This document shows positions 39,088 through 54,089 of a stretch of DNA of 64,000 bases, one piece after another (positions within the stretch are counted from its first letter, which is position 1; every line of letters starts with the position of its first letter). The notes beneath the pieces were generated by a model. That model made no database searches and was not told where the DNA came from. It was given only the letters and a program-made list of their open reading frames with translations. Origin of the DNA: Octopus sinensis (taxonomy: Eukaryota); NCBI RefSeq assembly GCF_006345805.1, contig NW_021833123.1, forward strand, positions 1 through 64,000. The letters are read 5' to 3'. A program made the translations under genes and the position numbers.

Positions 39088-39256
39088 TATATACGACGGT
39101 TTTCTTTCTGTTTCCATCTATCAAACCCACTCACAAGGCTTTGGTCGGCCCGAGGCTAACGTAGAAGACACTTGCCCAAATTACCACGCCGTGGGACTGA
39201 ACCCCGAACCATGTGGCTGGTAAGCAAGCTACATACCACTCAGCCACTCCTGCGTC
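38785..39256 (-). mobile_element. SINE family A, full length
   Basis: Complete head-to-tail match with an expanded (AC)n tract. Confidence 0.92.
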
Positions 39257-39842
39257 TATAATTAATATTTGAAAAAAATATTTACTCCTTGATCAAAACT
39301 CTATTAACTGCAGACTTTATCTTTAACACACTACACATGGCTATAAGAGAGGAATATGAATTCTACTTCGCAGCATATCTATGCGGGTCTCGACGGATAT
39401 AAGTTGAGCGAAGACGCAGTTCGTTCACATATCCATGGCTACTCGTATGTTTTTTCCAGGAGTACCGACGCTGATGAAGGCAATAGGGAATGTTTTTTCA
39501 TTACTTTCAGCCCGAAACACGATCATGTATGCGGTTAACCGAAGATTTGATTCATTTTCTTTCTTTTGCTACCCTTTTATGTAGTGCGTATGTAGAGCTT
39601 ATAGTGGTAATCGTGTCTCTTGACGTCTATTTTCCAGTGCGTGGTGAGGCACAAGCCAAGCCCTTGTTATACTCATTTATAAAATGTATCTATGAGGTTT
39701 TATTTCCGCGCTGACCACTTGGTATAAATCATTAACGATTTTTACCTTTTTACTATTATATGCATATATATATTATTTATATTATTATTTGACTGAACAC
39801 CACGCATCCATTTCCAAGTTTTCATATGTGTGTGTGTGTGTG

Positions 39843-39874
<32 letters not shown>

Positions 39875-39989
39875 AAGAGAGAGAGAGATAGTGTATGAGG
39901 GGTGGGGGCTGAAAATTTACTGAATTTGGGAAAAAGAAAATACCAGTCAATTATGAATTTATTCAACATATTCCCCTCTCAGATTCACA

Positions 39990-40107
39990 CCCTTACTGCA
40001 GCGGTCCTTCAGTTTTCCTAAGACCAGTAAAAAATCTGAAGGTTGGGCCTCCAGCCAGGCCTTTCACGACATCTTTAAAGCCAGGAACTTTACAGCACCC
40101 CTTCGTA
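39990..40107. mobile_element. Mariner-type TIR fragment
   Basis: AAAGCCAGGAACTTTACAGCACCCCTTCGTA; the same end is at 50595-50626 and inverted at 48087. Confidence 0.55.
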
Positions 40108-40249
40108 TATACATAAAATATACTGTTCCCTTATTGGTGGCATCAGCCAAAACGAGATGAATGTCGTTAAATATACATAGGATTTAAATTCGAGCTTGTC
40201 GGGTCATCGTGTTTTCAGCGCATGAAACTAATACTAAATCGAATTTAAA

Positions 40250-41220
<971 letters not shown>

Positions 41221-42504
41221 GTACGTATGCAGTTTTTCGCCTCGTCGTCTGTCGCTCTGTCTCTGTCGTTCTCTCTCCTTCTACACCTCTCTTTCTTTCT
41301 TAATTTCTTTCTTTATTCTTTCTCTCTTTAAATATATGTATACACATACATACTTCATATAACTATCCCTAGACAATTTAAATTATTTTATTCTAACTCT
41401 GAGAAGCGCTCCCCACCTCATACGTGTATACTTTTTTCACTGGTAATACTTTTCTGTGTACTTGCATAAATGTAAATGTTTCCCCAAATTAAATTGCTCT
41501 TCATGATTGAAGCTCCAATGAAGCTTCAAGCACATTCTAGACGATATTCTGGCACACAACTTGTGTATTGCTTCTTATAGCAGAAACAACTCTTAAATCA
41601 ATGAAATTCATAACATAATTGTTAATTCCATTTTGATCCCAATTTCCGTAATCACACAATCTTTGAAAATTGAAAGATTCACCTCTTATAACAGATGAAA
41701 TACGTTAATGAAATACGGGTAGGATGAAGTCCTGAAATATTACACAAATATAATCTTCTGCTTTGTGTAAGATATATAGAAATATACACACATGCATACA
41801 TACATACACAGGTGTGTTTGTGTGCGTAAGCATGTTGGTGAGTGTATATATGAATATTTTCGTACCTATATACAAATGCATTGGTTTGTATGTGTGTGTA
41901 TATAACTTTACTGTTGTTATTATGTGGTGTATTTCAGTGAGGTGTTGATGGTATATACTTGTACCACTGCATATTCCCTGCCCTTGTGATGTAACCATAA
42001 GTTATATTTTTACAGTACATAATCCCATATTACAGTATTTCTAGTATTTCGGTGTCATTTTATATACATTTTGCGTTCATAAAAATATCAATAGAAAAAA
42101 AAATCACTATTCTAATCAATTGCTACTTGTCATCTCAGATGACTGATATTTTGCACAATGAGCTCATAGTCTGCATTTTAAGGAGAATATATAGCGTAAA
42201 TTTGTGCTGTAACATTAAATATTTTTTTTGTTATTGTTGTAGTTTAACCAAAATCTGTTTTTGTTGAAACAGTCGTAAATTTAGATGGTTATCTTTTCAT
42301 GGTTATTTATCGAGGATTATTGTGTTTCCTTTTTATTGTGTTTTCTTTTTATGCAGTTTGAGCGAAATTTAATTACTATTGCTTGCACATATAAAGTGTC
42401 TCATAGGCTGCTTAAGGATTTATTGCGTTTCTTGTTGACATCATGAGCGACTTGGACACCTTCACAGCGATATGCACACATACAGACACAGATATAAATC
42501 GTTA

Positions 42505-43254
42505 CGCTGGTCAACAAATTTTTTTCATCAAGCATATGTCACTGTGTACCTAGTGTAGTTTTTAATGCTGATTTAAAATATACAAATATTTTTTTGACAT
42601 CTCCTACAGTTTTCAAGATGAGAAAATTTTTCGGTTTTAGTTCATGCATTATATAGAAATTCCAATTAATGACGTGTATGCATGTATTTCATTTACATCA
42701 TGGAATCATACCTTTAAAATAAACTACATTATTCATTGCTGCATTGTTCAAATGCAATATTTCAGCATGTCTGATGAATTAGGTATTTCAACATCTCAGC
42801 TTGTCCAGTCATAATTAATCTGATGAAATATTTCATCATCTCAAATTCAATATAAGTATAATCGATTGTATCTATTTCCTTACTTGTTTTACAGTGTTAA
42901 CAATGTCAAGAAATCGTCCTGATATGTTTTGCTATGTCTGTGGGCAATTTATTGTGAAAGCTCAAAAATATACAATAACACCAGAGATCAAGCAGAGTTA
43001 TAAGCTATACCTTGATTGTCCTCTTGGAGATCAGGACAAGTAATGGGCATCATGTTTTATCTGCTCAGCTTTCTCAAATGGCTTACGTGACTGGTTCAAT
43101 AAGTTCACGCCTTTTGCCATTCCAATGATACGGAGGGGGCCGAAAGAGCATTTTAATGACTGTTATTTTGCAAAGTAAATGTCACAGGATTTTCTATGAA
43201 GAATAAACACAAAATCGTGTATCCCAATTTGGATTCTGAATGCTGCTATAATCC
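42505..43254 (+). mobile_element. 5' part of a probable Chapaev3-like DNA transposon
   Basis: TTA then CGCTGGTCAACAAA terminus; ORF relic from 42903 MSRNRPDMFCYVCGQFIV..LGDQDK*WA..C..PFAIPMIRR..HFNDCYF..YPNLDS; family assigned from memory of the motif. Confidence 0.55.
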
Positions 43255-43897
43255 TTGACTTTAGTTCATATTTGATGTTACAAAAAGTTTTGTTGGTCTC
43301 TTGCTCAACTGCGCTCCACACATAATAAAGTGGGTTGCAGTCTGGAGATTTAGGTAGCCAGATGTTAGGAGTGATGTGGTCGCAGAAATTGTCTGACAGC
43401 CATGATTGCGTTCTGCTGGTGTGGCATGGTGCGGAGTTTTGTTGTCAGACATAAAATCTTCCGACAGTCACCCTCTTCACCCAGAGCAGAACTACTTCCT
43501 CCAGGCACTTGATGTAGGTTACTGTATTGAGTGTGAGGCCGTATAGGAACATGACTGGAGGCATAACATCGCCATCACTAGTGATCACTCCAAACACCAT
43601 GATGTTGACTGGATGTTTGATTTTTATTAGTCTCGGTACATGTCCTTAGATTGCCCTGTCTTCAGATTGACACCCAAACACAGATATTTGTATTGGAGCT
43701 TCCAGCGCGAATGCCAAGCAGCACGGCATATCGTTTCCAAATTTCTGGCAGAGTGAATTGCTTCATGGTGCTGTTTTTCTCACAGACGGTACCCAACTGA
43801 TCCTGCTATACTGTGTAGTTGACAAAAGGAAAAAGAAACAATGTGCACGCGCGAAATAAAAAATATTAAATAGTGACAATGTACCTATCGAACCCTG
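43255..43897 (-). mobile_element. Internally deleted maT/DD37D-like Tc1/mariner element
   Basis: TA then CAGGGTTCGATAGG terminus at 43897; HPVNIMVFGVITSDGDVMPP, QQNSAPCHTS, WLPKSPDCNPL-YYVW. Confidence 0.72.
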
Positions 43898-43930
43898 TAT
43901 ATACATACACATATATATAATATATATTAT

Positions 43931-43978
<48 letters not shown>

Positions 43979-44056
43979 ATATATATAATATGTACACAAA
44001 TGTATATGTATATATGTATATATGTATATAATATAACATATGTATATATATATGTG

Positions 44057-44125
<69 letters not shown>

Positions 44126-44849
44126 ATATAACATATATATATATACATATACATACATATATATTAATACTATTAATACATACACACACACATTTGAGCG
44201 TCCATGTATGTACGTATGTGTGTATAAATCTTAATTATCACATTTAACTTAAGTAGGATGCGTTGTTTATAACACCGTAGACTGCTGTTTTATAAACAAC
44301 ACATTCAAATTAGGTTGGACGTGCTAATTAATATTCGTTACAAACATTACCACTTCTCGCTAATAATACCTCTTATATATATGTATGTATACACACATTT
44401 CGTCTTGCCGTGACTTTATTCATTGTCTTCATCTTCCCCACCGCTTGCCCACGACTGTTGTTCACAAATTGGTCAGTGACGAGAACCAAAGAGACGAGCA
44501 AGCATTTGCGAAATTAATGGATTTTGGGTCAAACCTCTTAATGACACTTTCGCTGATTTACCGATAATTCTTCAGACTAAACAAACAGCAAATAAATAAA
44601 TAAATTAGGAAATTAATTTTAAGTAAAAGAAGCATAAATCTAATCCATGATTCTCATAATCCGTCATTCGGTATAATCTGTCTTCTGTTTGTTTATTGGT
44701 TTGTTTGTTTGTTGTCGGCTGATATATTTCGTCTTTGTTGTTCGTAATAGAAATGGTAATTTCTCAATTGATGGCGTTGTAAACGTCCTGGATTCTCTCA
44801 CGGCACTAAATTATTAACCGTTCTCTCTCGTTAAGAACCCAAAGCCGTA

Positions 44850-44998
44850 AACCACCACCACCACCACCACCACCACCGCTGCCGCCGCCGCCATCACCAC
44901 CGCTGCCGCCGCCGCCGCTGCCATCACCACCACCAAAACCACCACAATCACTATCTCCTCCACCTCCACCATCCACCACCACCACCACCACCACCACC

Positions 44999-45037
<39 letters not shown>

Positions 45038-46079
45038 GTTACTACAACACCGTCGTCACTACCACCATAATCTCTAATACCACTGCCACTACCACTACAC
45101 TCGTTTCCTTCATCCCCACGATTATCATCGTCACTACCATCACCAACACCACCACAACAACCATTACTACCACCAACACCATGAAAGCAACAAACATCGC
45201 CACCATCACCACCAACACCACCACAGCAAACGCAGTCACCACATTGACTACCAACGTGGCTACCATCGAGACTTGTACCAATACCAGCATCATCACTATC
45301 AACAACAACAACAACAACAGCAAAACAACAATGTCTTCCTCCATCACCAACACCTACATCAATGCCAGTCAGCAACACCACCAACACGAAACACCGTCAC
45401 CACCACTACCACCACCATTACCACCACTACCACCACCACCACCACCACAAGCACAAACAACAACACCACCACAGACACCTATTGCCAAATCACAAAACCG
45501 AAGAGAAAGTTATTAATGATGATGGTGGCGGTGGCGGTGGTGTTGTTCGTGGTGGTGGTAGTGGTGGAGGTGGTGATGATAGTGGTGGGGATGGGTGGTA
45601 AGACTGGTAATGATAGGGACGGGTTATGACGATTAAATGCGTTTCTAGTGATGGTTGATGATTGGTGGAAATGGTGATAGTGATGGTGGTTCTGATGATA
45701 ATGAAGAAGGAGGGTGAGGGTGATGATGAGGCTGATCGACACATGGATGGATAAAAGTGGTTGTGACGGAGATAGTGGTGGTGGTGCTGCTGCTGCTTAT
45801 GATGACGACGGTGGTAGTGGCGCTCACGGTGGGGATGGTGGAGTGCTGGAGTTGGTAGTGGTGTTGATGGTGATGTGGGTGGTGGTATTGGTGTTAGTGG
45901 TAGTGTTAGCGGTGGTGAGGGTGTTATTGCTGTTGTTATTAGTGTTGTTGCTGTTAGTAGTGGTGGTGGTGGTTGTGATGGTGGTGATGGCAGTCGTGGT
46001 GGTGGTGTTGGTGGTGGTGATGGTCGTGGTGGTGTTCATGGTGGCGTTGTTGCTGTTGTTACTGTTGTTGTTGGTATTG

Positions 46080-46111
<32 letters not shown>

Positions 46112-46125
46112 GATAGTGTTAGCGG

Positions 46126-46174
<49 letters not shown>

Positions 46175-46325
46175 GGTGGTGGTGGTGGTGGTGGTGGTGG
46201 TGGTGATAATGGTAGCAGTGAAGGTTTGGTAGAGTTTGGTAATAATGGTGACGATAATGTCATTGATTCTCACGATGATGATGGTGATGATGATGATGAT
46301 GATGGCAACGATGATGAACGCAGTT
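44850..46325. repeat. Large degenerate trinucleotide field, (CCA)-rich then (TGG)-rich
   Basis: Strand composition flips at about 45500. Confidence 0.88.
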
Positions 46326-46749
46326 GACGATGGCGGCAATAGCCGTGTTAATAATGACGGTAGCCGGCAGTAATGGCGGTATTTCCTTTTACCATGATGA
46401 ATATGATGTGGTTTCTTCTTGACAATTCCAATGACTGTCGATAAAATAAGTGTCACAATGAAATAGTGGTAGTCATTTAAAACGATCACCTCCTCTTATT
46501 CCTCCTCCTTATCCTTATTGTTCTTCTCCTACTCCAACGATCTCTTCATGTGTGAGCCCTTGTGGTAGTGAAACTATTTTCTTTATTATACAAGTCAAGC
46601 GAATTACACCTCTCTCCCTCTTCTCTCACTCCCTTAACGTGCAAATGGGCGGTCAATCAAATAAATCATTACTCCTATTGCGAAATTCATTAAAATTAGC
46701 TCCTCCCTCTCCTTTTACGTACCCCACCCCACCTCTTTAATCCTTTTAT

Positions 46750-46960
46750 ACTTGAACTTCTTTCAGTCATTTGGCTACGGCCATACTGAGGCACCGCCTC
46801 GAAGGGGGTTTTAATCGAACAATTCGACCCCAGAATTTATTATTTTTAAAGCCTGGTATGGTCTCTTTTGACGAACCGATACTTTTACGGGAACGTAAAC
46901 ATACCAACACCGCATGTCAGGCAGTGTGGGGGAACAAACACAAAGACACACGCGCGCAGA
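46750..46960 (-). mobile_element. Degenerate SINE family A, 3' part
   Basis: TTTCAGTCATTTGGCTACGGCCATACTGAGGCACC; a similar relic lies at 49310-49500. Confidence 0.7.
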
Positions 46961-46973
46961 AGCACACATATGC

Positions 46974-47005
<32 letters not shown>

Positions 47006-47627
47006 CATACATGCATATATACATACATAATATGTATCTTAAATAATATTTTAAATAAATAAATATTGTTTAACTCTATTTGCTTATTTATTTAACTATT
47101 ATCATTAACCTGAAGATTGACAATAATCTTAATTCGAATGTATTTCAATTGAATATAAACTTAATTGTAATTCGAATTTAATTGTAGCCATGAAACGTAC
47201 GTAATGTTTTTACTAATCATATCTATTTATCGTTCATTTTATACTTTTTGAAAAAAAAATTATTATATATATTACTTGTTATTTATGCATTGGTTTATGT
47301 CTATCACTGTTTGAGTTGCATAATAGTGGCTTTATCTCTAATTTATATTTTATATATCTACATTGTGAAATTTGATTTAATACTAAATTGAATTTTTCCC
47401 TGTAAGTTTGGAGAAATACTCCCTAATATTATTACAGGTACAACAGAAGCAGGAAGAAAGAAAGAAAGTTGTGGTGAAAGAGTACAGGAGGGTTCTTTAC
47501 CACCCTCTGTCGGAGCCTTGTGGAGCTTTAGGTGTTTTCGCTCAATAACCAGCCACGACGTCTACTCTAGGAATCGAAATCGCGATCTGACGACCGCGAG
47601 TCCGCTGATCTAACCACTCACACACAT

Positions 47628-47663
<36 letters not shown>

Positions 47664-47793
47664 ATAATATATATACATATACATATAGATGCCTGACCGC
47701 AGCTGCTTTGCTGAATCGAGTAAAAGAATAATATATATATGTGTGTGTGTATGTGTGTGTGTGTGTGTGTTGTGTGTGTGTGTATGTGTGTGT

Positions 47794-47833
<40 letters not shown>

Positions 47834-47995
47834 TGTGTGTGCGTGTGAAAGAAGGTTTGAATAGGCAATGGACCTTTAGAGATGTTTATTGACTTGACCG
47901 GTTTCACTTTTTAAGAAAAAGATTGTCAAAGAGACAGGTCAGTTATTCTTTCATAAACTATTTTCCCTCGTGCTTAACCTTACAACTTTACCTTG

Positions 47996-48066
<71 letters not shown>

Positions 48067-48086
48067 AATAGATAGATATATAAATA

Positions 48087-48305
48087 TACAAGAGTTGCAG
48101 AAAAGTTCCTGGCTTTAAGGGTGTCATAAAAGTCCTGTTTATAGGATCAACCTTCCGAGTCCTCTTACAGGACTTAGAAAAATTACAGGGTGGCTGCAAT
48201 AACCGTGTGTGTCTGATAGGGTAATATGCTAAATAAGATCAAAATTAACAGATCCTTCTATATTTTCTTTTGCCAAAAGCCAAGAAATTTTCATCACTCC
48301 CCCTC
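48087..48305. mobile_element. Mariner-derived MITE relic
   Basis: Left TACAAGAGTTGCAGAAAAGTTCCTGGCTTT and right AAAAGCCAAGAAATTTTCATCACTCCCC form imperfect TIRs. Confidence 0.5.
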
Positions 48306-50263
48306 CCCCCTCTCTCACACACATAACTGAAAGATTACTGAATAATTTTAGTAGAGAACATATTCATCAACTTTTTCACAGCAGGGTTGACAGCACCTTC
48401 AAATTTCTGGTTTGCTAGCCTTCGTCTGTGTGACGGAATATAGCAGGCCGAAATTTCAAAGTCACTGTCAACCTTCGTCTTGTAAAAGTTAAATGGAATT
48501 TTTCTTGCTAACATTTGTTTTTACCAAACCCTTTTCTAAATTAGTTGGTAAAAATCAATTGAAATTGTTCTACAATACTGTATTGTGTAATATTTATATA
48601 CTACTCTACTGATATATGTACTAACACATAGATTCTGAGATTACTACATGCTTGCATATATACATACATATATACATACATATGTCAAACACTCTCTTTT
48701 CTGTTTCTGCCAATCACCACCCGATTAAGATTTTAATGATAAAATGTAAGCATCGATCGAACAGTAATTCATATCAAGTTCAATATACGAAGTTTGAGAT
48801 TTGTAATAAATGGGAGGATTGATGGATAGATAGAATGGTTATTTATATCGATCTAATTCATCGCCATCGGGAAAGGTGAATGACAATGACGATACAGGCG
48901 TGATTGGAACCCGGAACAAAATAGGGATGAAGGTAATTCAATACTCACAAGGTGATTTATCAAACTCATTCAAAAGCAGTTCTGTTATCCATTTATCACA
49001 ATTTGTTTAATAATAACAATAAGAAGACGAAAAAGAAAAGGAAGAAATGGGGGTGATTTTTCTACGTTGATCATCTAAGGTTCACATATTGAGGAAAGAG
49101 GAGGAAAAAGAGGGCGAAAGTGTAGAAGAGGGAGGGAGGTACAGAAAGTAGGAGTAAGAGTAGGAGTAATTCGCTTAGTAGACTTACATTATATCAAAAA
49201 TGATTTACGTCGTTGGCGCATTACACAGTGTTTAAACACGCTTACACAGACATGAATACACAGACACACACATACACACACACATGCACACTCATACAGA
49301 TGTCTGAGCTTTTATCCTTCAGCCATTAGACTGCGGCCATACTGGAGCATTACCTTAAATATTTTAGTAGAATAAATCGACCACAGTACCTAATTTTATT
49401 TCTCTAGGGTCTCTTTGCTGAATCGCAAATGTTACGGGGACATAAACAAACCAAGACTGATTGTCAGGCTGTGGGGAAGACAAACACAAGAACACACATA
49501 CATATGTGTGTGTGTGCATGTAGGTAAGCACATGCACATATATACACACACCTATGGATCTATAACAGTATTAAGGCACCCTCATACAAGCTCTAAACAA
49601 TCTTCAAGTATATATTCGACCGAAGAACTATATATGGTAAATGAGAACCTGCACTATATATCGTAACACAAATAAAACAGGACAATGACAATGAGCAGGG
49701 AAAAAAAACATTTAACTCAGCAGAGAAACTTCCCTCGTCAGTTGCCAATCGAATATCATTGCTATTTCCACACACACGCGTGCGCCGCACGCACAAACAC
49801 ACACAATATAATAAATGCTACTTAAAGGATTAGGGACTTTAAGATCCAAACGGATACTTTCTAAACACTCACTGGTAATACAAACATAGCTAACTATATC
49901 GACCAGTGAGAAACATTAGGATCTGTGTAGACATTTGAAATACATGTGTTCTCTTCTTCGAGTAGTAATTTCAAAGTTCATTTTGAAAACTTTCATATAC
50001 TATTTCAGAGCATATTAGAAAAATGAACAAGTGTCGAGGATTATACATTTTTAACTGATAATTTGTAACATAGAAATCGCCAATGTACGATTTTGATAGG
50101 GTACTATTACATAATACTTTAATGCGACGACTCAGCATGTTAAATCAATTATATTATTGCACAGATCCAAGAAGTAAACTCACATTGTCATTGTGGGTAT
50201 GCCTAAAGAATATGTCTAATTGCCTATGCTCCTTTATGTCTTTATGTAATAGATATATGTGTA

Positions 50264-50338
<75 letters not shown>

Positions 50339-50384
50339 ATATATCGTATATATATATACACACATACATATATATGTATATATG

Positions 50385-50540
50385 TGGAGGTCCATGGTCT
50401 AGTGGTCAGAGCAGCGGGCTGGCGGTTGAGGGATCACAGGTTCGAATCTCAGACCGGGCGATGTATGTGTTTATGATCGAAACACTTAAGCTCCATGCGG
50501 CTTTGGCAGAAAGTAATGGCAAACTTCTGCTGACTCCTTC
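50385..50540 (+). mobile_element. tRNA-derived SINE (family D); related relic at 47500-47620 on the minus strand
   Basis: TGGTCTAGTGG A-box, GGTTCGAATCT B-box, AAACACTTAAGCTCC body. Confidence 0.65.
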
Positions 50541-50623
50541 AGGTTTTCTAAGCCATGTAAAAAATACTCGCAAGGTTGGGTCTTCCCGAAACCCTTAAAG
50601 CCAGAAACTTTCCAGCACCCCTC

Positions 50624-50675
<52 letters not shown>

Positions 50676-51419
50676 GTTTATTTTCTTGAAAACGGTGGTG
50701 AGCATGAGGAAATGCATTGGATCATTTCTGCTGGTTCTTTACGTTCCGAGTTTAAATTCCACCGAGATCAACTTTGGCTATCATCGTTTCGGGGTTTCAT
50801 AAAATAGAGTACGAATAAAGTTCCGGTTCGATGGTATCGATCTGCCGCCTTTTCTCAAAATTGCTAGCCTGGAATCCTACAAGTGGCCGGTGTCACGTTC
50901 AGAGCAATTGTTATGATCTCGATCTCATACACTATGGAAACCGGGTAGCCGATCATATATATTCTACGGCCTCAGAAAAATAAAATATATTCTCTTCAGA
51001 GTTTGTAGAGTGGCAGAGACTGTAGAGAGTATGGCTCAGATGTAATTTTTAAAAGAGATAATCAGGAGTATATTTTAATGTCACGTAACTGGGAACCAAC
51101 GGGTTCTTGGAGTCTGTAGTCGATCGCTCAACGTGCAAGAAAGAGTAAACAAATCTCAAATTATATCTTTACTATCATAAATAGGTGAAGGATAGATTAG
51201 GTAACTTAGTCCAGCACACCCACTAAATATACGGGTTGGTTACGGCTGCAAATACTTAGATTATTTGAGTGTTTAGTGAGTGCTGACAAGGGAATAAAAA
51301 CCAACAACAACGTAAACAGCAATAGCCAAATCAGTAACAAAGCAACGTTGTATATTTCAATGAATAAGGAAAAGAAATGATAAAAGATTGAACTGTATAT
51401 AAAAAAACTGATTATCTCT

Positions 51420-51670
51420 AAGTATTTCACCCGGCGTGATAACGTTTCTTATTTCTTTATTGCCCACAAGGGGCTAAACGTAGAGGGGACAAACAAAGAC
51501 AGACGAAGGGATTAAGTCGATTACATTGACCCCAGTGTGTAACTGGTACTTAATTTATCGACCCCGAAAGGATTAAAGTCCACCTCGGCAGAATATGAAG
51601 TCAGAACGTAAAGACGAACGAAATGCTGCTAAGCATTTTGACCGGCGCGCTAGCGATTCTGCCAGCTCGC
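51420..51670 (-). mobile_element. SINE family B followed by a second head fragment
   Basis: Minus strand tail AATAAAGAAATAAGAAACGTTATCACGCCGGGTGAAAT. Confidence 0.85.
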
Positions 51671-54089
51671 TGTCTTGCCGCCTTATATAATCATTATTGA
51701 TTTAAGCACAGTCCAGGAATTTCGAGAAGAAGCTGTAAGTCGATACTATCAATCTCAATCATTGACAGATATTTTATGTTATTGATCCCAAAAGGATTAA
51801 AAGAAGAAATCGTCTGATGCGAAATTTTAACACAGAACATAAAGAAACGGGCCAAATATCAAAGGTATATTGCGTTCTGAGTTCAAATCCCACGAAGTCC
51901 AGTTTCACTTTACGTCTTTCCGGAGTCGATAAAATAAAATATCAGTCAAATATTGGTGCTAAAATAGCGAACTGGTCCCTTCTCCCAAAATTCGGCATTG
52001 AGCCAATGCAAAAAAAAAAAAAAGAAAAAAAGTCAATATTTTCTCGATGCTTTAACTATTTTGCCAATCCTAAATAGTAACGTTAATAAACAATAGTGAC
52101 TAACTGAGTTTATTAAATAACTGACTAAAGTTACTAAAAGAATGAAATTACGAACGAAAGTAATTTAAGTTAAATGATATAAATTTTTGAAATACGAAAC
52201 TAAACTATGAATTATGTTTCTCAAAATTTCAGTTGCGATATTTTCAACCTTAGTTTGGAAAGACAATTTTTATCATATTCCATTTTTGTTACTTTACAAA
52301 AAATTTTCCCTCTTTAATATTAACTTTTAAAATCCTTGAATGAATGTATGTATGTATGTGTAAGTGTTAATAATAGCGAATTGCCTGAGAAGTCCTGGAG
52401 TGTATGTGTAGGAGCTAATAATAAGGAATAACCTGAGAAGTCCTCGTGTGTATGTGTATAAATTTAGAGCAAAGGTGCAGTAAATACATGAACTACGAAA
52501 ATAAGTTAAAGAATAGTTAATAAAACTTACTGCTGCGAATTCCTCGTAATAATTTCATGATGTAGAAAATCCCAAATCATCCGAAAATTTACTTCCAATG
52601 ACTTAGATGGATGCATTTACACACAGTCACATACACACACACACACAAATATATATACACAGGTACATACACTCACAATTACATACACATAACGATCTGT
52701 GATAATGTAATCCTCTGTAGCAAAATGTCTTTCTTCCATCCAAGAGCGTTTAGATGTCTCTTGTCCCATGGAATACGAAAATAATCTGCCATTTTGTTTT
52801 AGCTTTTGTATTTAGTAATTGACATAGAAGACGACATCAAGACATTCTTTGAATTCTGCAGGGAATTGATATAATTGTTGGGTTTTTCTTTATAATTTAA
52901 TCATCCCTCATAGAGTAGCGTTATGATCAAAGGCGCTTCATCCGTGACGGACACATGTATTTTGTTTTGCTTTAGCGTATCTATAGCACTTTATCCATCG
53001 TGGTCTTCCATTTTGAGTCAGTTTACGTTATAACTAGAGGCAGATTTCATTATTGTTTCTAGCGTGACAAGAAACAATACTAAGATAAATAGGAAGGACA
53101 ATTAAAATATAATTTTATGTTATTGATCCCAAAAGGATAAAAAGAGGAAGTCGTATGATGCGAAATTTTAACACAGACCATAAAGGAACGGGCCAAATAT
53201 CAAGTTTGTTAAGAAACAAGATGTTAATGTTTAAAGTTCCATTGCTTAATTCAATCTTGAATTCTCTCTTTAAGTGTTTTTGGCAGAATATCCATTTGCT
53301 CGCGCGCACACGTGTGTGATTCTGTGTGTAAGTATACTACTTGGGTAGCATATAACTAAAGTAAAACGCTGCAAAGGACCTCCAAAGTCTTGTAGGTCTA
53401 TTTTTCAATTTGTTGTTGCTGCGTTTTGGTTCTCCTTGTGTAGTGATATGGTTGCTGTTGTTGGTGTTGTTATTGTTGCATTTACGTTCAATTTGTTTTC
53501 TTTCATAAATTGAATTCAATTTGTATTTCTTGTTGAAATACTTTGGTAATATTGGTTATTTTCCTAGTATTACAATTCCATTGGTTATTTGGTTATTTGT
53601 AGCATTTGTCTGTTATTGTTGTTGATGTTCTTATTGTTATCCTTCTTATCATTATTGTCATCATCCACGTTGTAATCCATGTCATTATTGCTGTTGCTGC
53701 TTGTTATCTGATTAATTTAAAATCCAACTTGTAAACATAATCCTGAATTTCTCGTTCATATTTTCTCATCCAACTCAAGAAATACGTTGGTGACATTAGT
53801 TATTGTTCTAGTACATTAAATCCCATTGGTTATTTGCAGCATTTCGCTATTAGCATTCTTGCTATTGTTCTGGTCTTCCACGTTATGATTCTTGTCATTG
53901 TAGTTGTTCTTATAATTATTTGAGTAGTTTAAATCACAGCTTGTAAATATAAAAAAATCCTGTGTTTCCTGGTCGCATTTTCCAAACCAACTAAAGAAAT
54001 ATTGCCAAAACCTTGAATCTGTCTTGCTGCTCTGATCTTCCTTGTTTCTTCATGGCTCTTCGCGTTTAGTCTGATTCGGACCTTTTCAT

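Noticed and set aside
44806-46489. Long Gly/Val/Thr/Asp-rich ORFs
   Set aside because: Stop-free only because of repeat composition
51772-53203. Direct repeat of about 95 bp at 51772 and 53112
   Set aside because: Looks like a decayed family B SINE segment, possibly locally duplicated; no LTR features and no coding sequence between the copies
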